DNA of 64,000 nucleotides from Octopus sinensis (lineage: Eukaryota): NCBI RefSeq assembly GCF_006345805.1, contig NC_042999.1, positions 79,670,001 through 79,734,000 of the forward strand. Reading direction: 5' to 3'. The first letter of the stretch is position 1. Each line of letters starts with the position of its first letter. The notes below the pieces were generated by a model that saw only the letters and a list, made by a program, of their open reading frames with translations, had not been told where the DNA came from and did no database searches. The position numbers and the translations under genes were made by a program. Below are positions 52,571 to 64,000 of this stretch, piece after piece.

Positions 52571-53955
52571 GGATGGATGAATCGATGTATGGATAGATGG
52601 ATGAATGGATGAATGGATGGATGTACAGAGTTATACAGAGAGGATGATTTCTAAGTGGTTCACTTGACCAATGCTTTAACCATTTGAAGTCAACGGAGCC
52701 GGCGATTTTGTCTTCCACGATACTTGACTCGTGCTTTATTTAATAAAGTTCATAAAGAAAAGTTAAAAACCTACAAGTTGGCAGATTTTCAGGATTTAAT
52801 GAAGAAGCTTTTTAAATAATGCAAACTATTTTGTCTGCAGCTATTCCGATCCACTGCCCTTAAGCAAATATGAAATATATGAAGAATGATATGTCCAGAC
52901 AACCACACAGTGTGGTAAGCCTAAATTAATTACTTTAAAAAAGATGCCGATAGTCATTTGTGTATTGAGGAATACAGACAAATTTTTTCATCGGTACAGC
53001 CGTTGAGTTGTCGCTACATTGGAGCATTTAATATTTATACGTAATAGGTTCAACAGGATGTGCATCTCTAGTATTATAATTCTTTTCAATTTCCGTTTTT
53101 TATAGCGCATTCTTTGATTTATTTATGATCATTAAAATGCAATTATTTTTGTAACTAGAACATTGTGTCTGCAGCAAGCGGTATTTGCAGCAATACTTCA
53201 TTCTTAGCTAGGACCGTAGCTCAAAATGCTGTGTTTCTTTTCACAGAAATTATCAAAGATACACTGCTCATAAACTTCTTCCTAAAAAGGAGTGTATGTG
53301 CGTAAAGCTGGTGTTATACAAAATTGCGACCTTCAACTTCTAACACACACATACACGCATGCACACACACACACACACATTTATATACACACGCAAAAAT
53401 ATGTACATATTTACACACACACACACACATACATTCAATACAAGCAGATAAATAGTTACTCACGGGGTCATATTAATAGACATAGATAAACAACATCCGT
53501 AGAGTCAATCGACCCATTTTCTTTATTAGTTTTGTCTAGAGAGGAATGAATATGCCCGTGATGGGAAAGACTGATACTGACGTTCGACTTGAAGTGTTTC
53601 AAGTCGATAACTGCAGGAACGATATTCGTATAGAGGATATTCTAGACGGCTCACAGTTTGGTAAGATGGTAGGAGCATAAAAATTGATGCAGAGGCCTAG
53701 TAATCGTTGAACACAATATGAATAATGAAGAAGAATCGTGTGAGTTCAGAGCGCTTGAGTGGACCAGAGGAACTCACTCCAGGGAACAGTGATCATTACA
53801 GAAATAGAACAGAGGAAAGAGACAGCATGTTGGTTTACTTAGGTTTTTGAGAGGGTCTTATTACCCAAAGATAGAGCCATATAACCCTCAAATCATATAC
53901 TAGCATCTTGAGGAAAAAGAGAAAGGGTCTTCTGGATAATATATTCACAGATGTA

Positions 53956-54328
53956 AGGCGGTGAGCTGGCAGAAACGTTAGCACGCCGGGCGAAATGCTT
54001 AGCGGTATTTCGTCTACCGTTACGTTCTGAGTTCAAATTCCGCCGGGGTCGATTAAATAAGCACCAGTTACGCACTGGGGTTGATATAATCGACTTAATC
54101 CGTTTATCTGTCCTTGTTTGTCCCCTCTGTGTGTAGTCCCTTGTGGGTAGTAAAGAAATGGGTATTTCGTCTGTCTCCACGTTCTGATTTCAAGTTCCGC
54201 CGAGGTCGACTGTGCCTTTCATACTATCGGGGTCGATAAATTAAGTACTAGTTGTGTACTGGGGTCGATCCAATCGACTGGTCCCACCCTCCACAAAAAT
54301 TTTGGGCCTTGTGCCTAGAGCAGAAAAG
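53956..54328 (+). mobile_element. Dimeric Nin-domain SINE with internal Tx1-like tail and 18-bp TSD
   Basis: AATATATTCACAGATGTA at 53938-53955 and 54329-54346; internal TGTCCCCTCT (54119-54128) ... AGTAAAGAAA (54149-54158). Confidence 0.88.
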
Positions 54329-56569
54329 AATATATTCACAGATGTATGAAAAAGATATTTTTTACGGTTGGGACACATATAATAATAGCTCTGCACAATC
54401 AGAGCTGACCTGAGGTTCAACACAACAATAGTAACAACAACTACACTAGCAACAACAATAGTTATATTTGTACAAATACTCATTCATTAAGAGTTGATAC
54501 GATGCTGCTAGATATGAATATACGATCTCCCTCATGAAAAAAAAATTGGCCTCAGGCCGAATCAAAATATATGATTTGGCAGAAACATTCAACTGGCGAA
54601 CTAAATACTTAGCAATATTTATTCATACCATCGTACAGTTTTATAAGCACACACACACACACACACACACAGAAATGCATGGATACGCACACGAACACAC
54701 ACACATGCACACACACACACACACGCACACACACGCTTCACATGCGCGTGCTTACACACACTCTTACTCACATACACTTTACACTATTGCCACTGCCAGG
54801 AAACTTCCACAATACAAGTACCACCACCACCAGCAGTAACTGCTTACCATCAGCAAGCTTAGATCCAACGGTAGACGCTCCCTAGAAATAGTGACCAAAT
54901 CTCCCTCTATTTTCTATACTGCGGTGGTTCTGTCCTGTTCACTACAAAGTAACCCTTTTATGTAAATTAATTTTCCCCACAAAATCCATGCTTTTGAAAG
55001 ACCTGTCTAGTTAGTAAGTATTGAATAAAGCTCACGGAGTCCAGACATTTTGTGCATCACCAGGGGTCACGAGACCTAGGTGAATACTCACTACCCTATC
55101 GGCTAAAAACACGGAAGAGCACCGACTGGAAAATATTGTCATGGGCATATAAAATGAAGGGGTGGTTATGAATATACTGTTTAAATCATAGTTCTTCGCT
55201 ATCCTCACAGACCTAGGGTAAAAGAACGACGTGGACACCACTGCAAACTGTAATATCAAACACACACACACATGCACACACGCATACACATACACACACA
55301 TACACGCATTCAACGGAACACATACGGCATCATTAACTTCAGGCACAAACTGCACCCCACAAACACGCTCACGTAGTAATACTGGGCGAGCTAGCATCGG
55401 AGCGTCTAAAAAGGCGTTTGGCCTACTGCTGGCAACAATCAAATTTCCCTAAAAATTTCACCTTGCATACTTGGAAAGAATGCTTGTGATAGTGTAGTCT
55501 CAGGTTCCATGCGTATAAGTTAAGTTAAGTTAATTTTTTGGCTCAAAAAGCAAAAACCAAGGCCCTGTAGGGGGACATGGAATTATGTACAAGGAGGGTG
55601 TTCATGCAAAGAGTTCAGGCCATTTCTGGTCAGAGAGACTTTGAACCGAGCGGTCGTCGGCATCTTCACTATAAGAAAAAGATGAGATGGTTACAGGTGG
55701 AATAATCTTTGTTGAAAGGTTGGATCGATGAAGGTTGATCTGGATGAGACGATCGCAACATCAACCCGCATTACTGTTAGCATGTAAAAGTAACATGGTA
55801 ATAACTCTGTTGGAATCCATATCTTGGGGTGGTGGTGTTTCATTTTGAAGAACACAAGTGAGACAGATAAAAAAAATGCTCTATGGGGTTGCACGACCTG
55901 CAAGAAATAGCAACCAAATTTCCTTGAGAATCCACAGTATTCTACTTAGTCTTTACTTCTACTTACATTTATCATAACTATTACCAGCAAACTCCCACTC
56001 TCTCACTACCTCTGTTGTCATCGCCCATAACTATTAGCATCGTCATTCTCGTTATCATAAACTCCTTCCTCATTGTAATCCACTCCCTTTAATGGTCCTC
56101 CTCCAACTCTTTTTCATCCATGTCCTGATTCTTCTCGCATCCATCTTCTTGCTCTGCGTCTACTTTCACCTTATCTTCATTCTAGTTGTATCACCGTTGC
56201 ACTGCTGTTATTCTTAATGACGTTGCAAAATTTAATTTATCATAATCACTTCCAACAAATTAATATCTCACATTTCTATTTAATCTCACCTTAATATCGT
56301 TGAAAAGCGCCCGAACACTACATTTTTATTGTTCCATTAATTTGTAGATATTCTCAATTTATTTTCGGATGTAAACAACATTCGCTATGTAACGTGTGAA
56401 CGGTGTAACGTAAAGTGCAATCAATAGTCACTTGCGAGCGAGTATATCTTCGCTGATTATTTTAGATATCGTCACGAGCGCACATAAAAAATAGTTGGTC
56501 TCTCGCCCTTAATTCAGCAAGACATCTAGGTTGTGACGAATGAATGGAGATAAGAATGTACCATAAATG

Positions 56570-56715
56570 CACCAGTACTCATAATACCTGAGTAGATTAG
56601 AACAATATGAAATTAAATAGCTTGCTCAAAGAAACAACGCGCTACCCAGTCCAGGAATTGAAACCAAGACCTTCTGATAGTAAGCCGAACACCATAATCA
56701 TTAGCGCCGCTTTCA
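56570..56715 (-). mobile_element. Decayed tRNA SINE of the 8243-8590 family
   Basis: Minus strand GGTTTCAATTCCTGGACTGGG..GCGTTGTTTCTTTGAGCAAG. Confidence 0.65.
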
Positions 56716-58841
56716 CATTGTAGAATACTTACGAGAACCTCAGCAATAATAGCTATTTTGGTATATAACCCGTCAATTTGTTCATTACAATCTGGTCCTT
56801 GCATGATCTCAGCACAGTCCACTCTGTTGCAAACATTCGGAACAAGTTTGCAGTCTGAAAATAACTTTCTTTTATCAATCACGGAAGTTCTGTAAAAGTT
56901 CATGTACCATTCCTTATCTTAAAGCATTTGGAGAGAAAAATAAAATTCATGACTGACTTCAGATATAAAAATTAAAGAATAATTGCTAGAGTAACAAATA
57001 ATGAATTAAAACTAGAATCTACCTTCATTATTTTCAAAAAGCATTCGAACCCACGCGATGCTACCATGGCTGACAGGCGTTCGTTCTTAGGTCTGCTGAA
57101 TAAGCGCTGAGTTTGGGGGGGGGGGCTATTGAACAACAATGACAACAACGGCGACGACGAAAACAACAGCATCAGAATCAACGGCTCTGATTAGAGACCC
57201 GTTCAATTCCGAAAGACCTGGCGTTGAAATAAGAAACAACAACTACAACATAAGGAGTTTTGTCATTGTTGAAACATTTATCTTAGATATGATATGTTAT
57301 AAGACAGCGACTATAACGGTGAAGTCTACTTTGATGTACCCCACTACGTTTTTGCTGCACAAAATATATCTAGAGCATTATCCATACCCACAATTAACCC
57401 ACATTCATGAACTTTCATAATTACATGGTATATATTAGTAACATCAATGTCTCTAACCCGAGGAAGCCTGCAGAGAATATACACCTTTCCTTACTTTCCT
57501 GGATAATAAACAAAAAAGAACATCAAAAGAAACTGTGAAAACAATAACAAAAATGATGCAAGCCAGAATATCTTCTCCGTTCCGTTGGTGGATAAAATTA
57601 CTAAATATTTAGGTAAGCGAAAATAGTTATGTTTCTATCATTTTGTGAAAAGAGAAAAATTATGAGCAAACTTACCTAAACTTGCCACCTAAAGTTAATT
57701 CCCAATATATTTCCAAAGAGGTCAAAAATACTCCTGCATTATAAAACAATTGAGAGATCCTTCTTACGGATCATATGTATGTTCGCACACGAATGACCTT
57801 CGGGCTCTTTTGTCCAACAAATCTTTCTGTTATTTTACTCACACCTCGAATAACTCTTTTCTTTCGGATTAATAATTATCGACCATTAAGAAAGTTGAGT
57901 TGGCAAAACACTGAATAAACGTATACAGTATGTTAGTTTTACTCTTCCGTTTATGATACTTTTCGATTCAGCACTCATTATCTTACCTGGATATTTTAAA
58001 ATTAAGTAATAGTTATAATTAAAGCGATTCAAACAACTATAACTTTCTTCTAATCTAGATATATATTATAATCCCCTCTTCAAAAATCGGACCAAGAAAA
58101 AACTCTGCAGGAACACAAATAAGTGAGATACACAGGAAATGCCTTTCTAAAATGGGTCTCTTGTCAGGAGAGTCAATACCTTGTTTTACAATGTTTAGCT
58201 CTACTTCAGTTAAAATTGAGAATCAGCATCGTGTGAATGAATGAGTGAGCGAGTGAACATTAGTCTGACAGCAGGCAATGTTTGCATTTTCTGCACATTT
58301 ACTGTACAGTAGACCTACATGCATGACTTATACTGATATTCTAAGTGTTTCGTTTCAGTAGGGTGGCAGTCGATGAAAAGAGGAAAAAAAAAAGAAGGAA
58401 TCTCGGTTAAGGAGATGACTGTAATAGTAAGAAGCACATCCGGGGTGGCAGGCAAACTTGATGTAGGTAGTTAAGGCGGGAGGTAGGTGCAGCCTCATCT
58501 ATGCGTTCATTATAACATTGGCAGAACTAATGATTGATAATATGATGTCTATATTTTAAAAAAAATACCGCTGATTATTTGACTTCATGCATGTTTACAG
58601 CGCTGTTGCACTGCATGCTTCTTTGTAGGTTTTAATAGCTACATGTCTGTCTGCCTCTGCCCTTCCTTGCTGTTTATTTCTCTCGCTTTGTGTACATACA
58701 AATATGTATATATATATATATATGTATGTATGCATATATAAACATGGTGGGGGCGCCAGAAAGATTGTATATTTATGAATTTATATGGATGTCATGTGTT
58801 TGAATATATTGGTGATCGAAATGAATTTGTTTCTTCATTTT

Positions 58842-58894
<53 letters not shown>

Positions 58895-58899
58895 TATAT

Positions 58900-59706
58900 G
58901 ATTGATTGATTGATTGATTCTAGTTTCAGCTGATGAGCTGTGGCCATGCTGGGGCACCGCCATTTGGTATTGCTACTTTGTTTTACTTCACGAAAGCTTT
59001 TTCGTAACTGCCATTTGGTGCATGAGAGAGTTCGATGCAGCTGCCCTCATCTGCACCTCTTGCCGTGAAGTTTGTTCATCTGACAGGAAGAGATCCAGTT
59101 TCATTTTAAAGACATCCGCATCCACCCCATGCAGGTCTCTCAGGTTCTTCGGGAGGATATTGAAGAGCTGTGGGCCTCGGAAGCCCAGGCTATCACAGTA
59201 TCTTGTCCTACATCTTGATGGCAAATTTGGAGTCCTAGGCACCACGCAGTGGCGCCCAGTTCTGGCATTTGTGTAACTCTCGATGCCAAAGTTTGGGACA
59301 CGTCCCTCCAGGATCTTCCAGATGTATATTATGGCATATCTTTCCCGCCTACGCTCCAAGGAATATAGTTTTAATCTCTTGAGTCTTTCCCAGTAGCTTA
59401 CATTCTGCATAGAGGCTATCTTCTTCGTGTAGCTACACTGGATCGCCTCGAGCTCTGTGATCAACTTGACGCTGGATGGTGACCATAACTGAGAGCAATA
59501 GTCAAAGTGGCTTAGGACAAGTGTCCTCCAGAGGACCACCATGGTTTCTTGTTCTCTTGTTCTAAAGGTTCTGAGAATCCATCCGGCCAGTCGTCTACAT
59601 TTCATTGCCAATTTAGCAACATGTACACGAAAGGTTGCGTCATCACTCATGTAAATACCCAGGTCACGCACTGATTGTGCCTCTGGGATTGTTATTCCTC
59701 CGGGTC
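58900..59706 (-). mobile_element. Young 5'-truncated CR1/L2-group LINE (RT C-terminus, 3' UTR, (AATC)n tail)
   Basis: Uninterrupted ORF 58988-59671: RDLGIYMSDD..F..HV...GWILRTF...LVLSHFDYCSQLWSP...LEAIQ..YTKKI...YWERLKRLKLYSLERRRERY..IYIWKIL. Confidence 0.92.
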
Positions 59707-60282
59707 CAATATATATATATATTTGTATGTATGTATGTATGTATGTATGTATGTATGTATGTATGTTAAGTTTACAGGCGATTCACTAGTCTTGCTGCTA
59801 TTTATGAGATCGATTCCGGAATTATTAAGAGTTAAAGTTCAAACTGGCGGCATTTGAAATTTGAACATAACCGGAAGCAATTAAATAACAATTAAATATC
59901 TGTATTCCACAACTTGAAGATTTTTCCCACACGCAAGCACGTATATTCATACACATATACATGGGGCACAAGCACAATGTACATTGCACATATGTATAGT
60001 GAGAGGAGAGAGAGATACAATACACATGTATGTGTATATATACACATACATATATACGTATCTATTCATATATACACACACACATATATGTATATATTTA
60101 CATTTCGATGCGAATGGCTTTGTTATTCGGCACCGGATTTTACTATCCTGTAAATAATAATAATAAAGGTATTTATATAAACCTAAAGCTTATAGCGATC
60201 ACATATATATAGTGATATATATATATACATATATATAAGTAAATAAATGGAGTTGAACGAAGATGTTATTAAAATTCTTTTA

Positions 60283-60365
60283 CTTTCGACATATGTTTCG
60301 AAGGCAACATTGGTTTTATTCCAAAGGAATGAACGGTGTAAAATGCAATCTTCTCATCAGGAAAG
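60283..60365 (-). ncRNA. Type I hammerhead ribozyme, intact core and helices
   Basis: Minus strand: CTTTC CTGATGA GAAG [46 nt] CTTC GAAAC ATAT GTC GAAAG. Helix I 5/5, helix II 4/4, palindromic ACATATGT; predicted cleavage 3' of the C at 60288. Confidence 0.85.
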
Positions 60366-60736
60366 AAAGAGAGCCTATGTCAACAACAAGAGATTATAAC
60401 AATTACGATGACTGCCTAAATGATAAACAGAACGTTTTTATGTACTTTAAAAAACCGTACACACATACACACACGCGCGCTCGTGCACTCATTCCAGATT
60501 GCACAATCCGATGTAGTCAGGATTCAACGTCATTAGTGGGTATATGACTTATATTGCCAACTAATAAGCGACTGAATATATAATTCGTTAAATTACTTGC
60601 ACTATTATTTATATTTAAATGACGTGTGACATTCCTTCTAGAAACTTTATTTCGCTAGCCTTGCTTACTTAGGTATATATCTACATATATATGTGTGTGA
60701 ATGTGTGTGTCTCTATGTATGTAACTATGTGTTTTT

Positions 60737-60781
<45 letters not shown>

Positions 60782-61541
60782 CACACAGACAAACACAAAC
60801 ACATATATACGTATGTGTCTATTGATATTTATGTAGATAAACTAATACAAATGATGTTTGTATACATTCCATAATTCAGTCATTGAAATAACGTATATTA
60901 TATATTGATTATACTCTTGTGTTTTTAATAATCATGCAATTTAGAATTTCTTTGTATGCTTAATATATGTGCAATGTTGTTTTGGTCCTTTTAGTGTCCT
61001 GTGTCTGTTACCTATATTTCAATTTGTTTTTGTGTAAACAACTTATAACACACGCATACATACGCACACATACACACATACATACACACACATGCACATA
61101 CATTAGCAGCGCTGAAACTAGGCACATTGAGGAACTGCGTGACATCGTGGCAAACACATTTGCGCCCACGCAAAAGCAAGAGAAACACGCGCGCATCTAT
61201 GCACTCACGCGCATTTATACATTTTCAATTCCTGGCATACATGAAAGAGCTTTTGCGCACATATACATAAAAGTTAATGTTTCAAGCCGATACAGACCTA
61301 GATATGCAAACATATACTTATACGCTGCTGAAAGAAACATATGTGCATTGAAACACACATAAATACACAAGCATGGAGACAAACGAACGCACATAGAGAG
61401 GAACATGGACTATAGCAAACATTGATGTACTATGCTCACGTTTCATAGGAACCAACTGGATGATCTTCGTTTGGTCAGCTTATTAAAAATACCATTTACA
61501 ATAAATTGAGTCTTATTGGAAAGAGGGAGAAAACAGTCGAG

Positions 61542-61641
61542 NNNNNNNNNNNNNNNNNNNNNNNNNNNNNNNNNNNNNNNNNNNNNNNNNNNNNNNNNNN
61601 NNNNNNNNNNNNNNNNNNNNNNNNNNNNNNNNNNNNNNNNN
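61542..61641. other. Assembly gap (100 N)
   Basis: Direct reading. Confidence 1.
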
Positions 61642-63058
61642 TCGTACCTTGTCCCGACCCTACCATCACCAAACTAGAACGAATCCTCTTCCGCTTCTTG
61701 TGGAAAGTATGCGTCCCGATGGTCAGGCGATCCATTTGCTGTCAACACCGTTAAAAGGAGGGCTGGGCATGCCGTGGTTGATGATGCGCAGACACGCGCT
61801 GAGACTGCGACATCTCCGGCTCTATGTAGACGACGGTGAACAGGTGTGGTCGCCGTTTGTGAGGCACGCATTCCCGCAACTCGTCTCCATGACCGAACTA
61901 CAGTCGTGGATCAAAATGAGGCCGAGGAAGGGCGAATGGCACCGCGAGTGTCGCGTTGCTCTCAAGCACTCTGCCGTCCCGGGTCGACCTTGAGTGACTT
62001 CAAACAAACCAAAGCATTCTATAGGGGATTAGTGGAGGGGAGGTACGACGACGAGCTCGGGGCGAACCTGGGCGTCGACGAGGAATACCTGACCGCCTGT
62101 TTCAAACGACTTTCGGCCCGGGACCTATGGACAACTTCCAGAGATCCCTGGCCTGGCGGTGCTACCGAGAAGCGCTACCCGTTCGGGATAAGCTCTATAG
62201 GCATGGCTCGAAAACACGGGGCCGACCTGCCCGAGATGCGGGCGTCGAGCGACGACGAACCGCTCTGCACGCAATCGTGCAGTGTCCAGCAATTTCCCAC
62301 TGTGGGCTTATGTCGAACGACTGCCGTCACGTGTGGGACGTGTCGGTTTATCCGCCGAGTCTATCGGTAATATCGTCACGCCTCCTTCCTTTAAACGGGA
62401 AGGAAGAGCTATTTTTATCATACTTGTGGCTATGGCGAAAGAATGTATCTGGGGACGCGTCTGAAAGGATTAGAGACAAACACTCCTCTCTGGTCAATCT
62501 CTCATCAAACTCTTCAAGTATCACTTGAAGAAAAAAGTGAGAGTAGAGAGGCAAGTTTTGTCTAGTGAATGTTTTAAAAAAGATGGGTGAATGTAGCAAG
62601 GATGGCACGTATGAATGACGAAGCCACCTTGACTATGATTCTATGAACCGTAAAAATTAATACAGAGAGTTGCTTATTTGCAAAAAAAAAAAAGAAATAT
62701 AACATGTGACTTCATTGACCGAGGTTACCGTGTCTTTTCCGTAGGCTTTTCTTTCCACGGGTAAACCTCACCTGTCCTCCCCTTTACACTTCATATTGAC
62801 ATTTCTGTGATAACGATCCCTATTGATCAATTTTTTTTTCTCCCCCTCCTTTTTTAAACCCCCCTTTTTTTGTCCTCCTTCTCTCCTTTTACGATCCCTT
62901 TTGATCGACCCCATTTTCTATTTGATTTATTTTTTATTTTATTATATTATTATTATTTTTTTTTTTAAACCTTCAAAAGAAAAGCTCTACCTTGTAATTT
63001 GTTCTATCTGTGTGCAGCCCTGTGTGGCTAATAAAGAAACATATCTATCTATCTATCT
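61642..63058 (+). mobile_element. Tx1/L1-like LINE, ORF2 3' half (frameshifted) and 3' UTR
   Basis: PCPDPTITKLERILFRFLWK...LKGGLGMPWL...; MDNFQRSLAWRCYREALPVRDKLYRHG...LHAIVQCP; AATAAAGAA at 63030 followed by (ATCT)n. Confidence 0.9.
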
Positions 63059-63276
63059 AAAGGGACACTAAATTGTTCCTGGCTTTAAGAGTATCGAGAC
63101 AGGTCTCGTTGAAGACCTAACAGTCCGAGTTCCTTTATGGGGCTCAGAAAAACTGAAGGATCGCTGCAATGTATTTGAATCTGAAAGGAGAATACGTTGA
63201 ATAACATCGTAATTAACCGATCCTGCTCTATTTGCTTTTACCCACCGAAAACTAGAAACTTTTGAGGACCACTCGC

Positions 63277-63314
<38 letters not shown>

Positions 63315-63485
63315 TGCAGCATTCTGTTAATAGGGAAACTTCAATGAATCATATTGATTCATTGAAATTCAAAAGGCATACATACATTCATGCATACACA
63401 CGTACATACAAGCTTCTTCTTGAAACCCTGAAAGTGTGTACATACTTTTATATTTACATATAAAAGTTTGTGTGTTACTATGTGC

Positions 63486-63516
<31 letters not shown>

Positions 63517-64000
63517 ATATATATATATACATATGTGAGTAGGAACATTTCTGTATCTAAATCTGAGTTTCAACGTAACTAGTACTTGTATGAATGTGTT
63601 AATACATAAAAACGTAGTTTGACAATGTGTATGTCTATATAGGTTTGCATCGAGTTTCTTTTCACCGAAAAGCGCTCGCTCCCTTTTCCTCGCTTCCACT
63701 CCTCTCTCTCTACCACAATATATATGTATATAATATATGTATGTATAGACATATATATATGTACATATAAATAAATATATATATAACAATAAATATGTAT
63801 TTGCGTACATATATGTGTGCGTGTGAATGTGAGAACACAATACGCTGGCATTAAGAGTCACACCCTTATTAATAGACGTAAATTTTGATCAAAGTCAGAG
63901 ATATTCAAAGCTTTATAAACACATTTCGTTTTATTTTTATGTCATATTGATGTTGTTACGCAACGGTAGGGGTATTATATAACATTCATATGTGTATGCC

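Noticed and set aside
53574-53620. 10-bp perfect hairpin TCGACTTGAA-gtgt-TTCAAGTCGA preceded by CTGACGT
   Set aside because: The hairpin is real, but an HHR reading needs three core changes and has no helix I.
55530-55690. Possible short Tx1-like 3' end on the minus strand (ATGTCCCCCT motif)
   Set aside because: Only a partial tail motif with no convincing coding match.

Overview
AT-rich, non-coding eukaryotic DNA with very high microsatellite density. The repeat families present (Nin-domain and CORE-type tRNA SINEs, Dong/R4, Tx1, CR1, mariner) suggest an octopod cephalopod; this is an inference. I found no host protein-coding exon I can support. The long ORFs in the track are microsatellite read-throughs or transposon relics: at least seven Tc1/mariner relics, three Dong/R4 fragments in TAA-type repeats, Tx1-like ORF1 and ORF2 pieces, a young CR1-type 3' end and many SINEs. 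The main unexpected signal is a set of type I hammerhead ribozyme (HHR) motifs with short palindromic helix III, the architecture known from Penelope-like elements and non-LTR retrozymes. Four have an intact catalytic core (15234-15283 +, 48974-49052 +, 49437-49550 -, 60283-60365 -). Several are decayed or variant copies, some inside 350-550 bp partial tandem repeats. A TSD-flanked head-to-head palindromic dimer of a tRNA-headed SINE carries an HHR-like motif in each arm (35560-36096). All structures were assigned by eye, not by computation, and most element boundaries are approximate.
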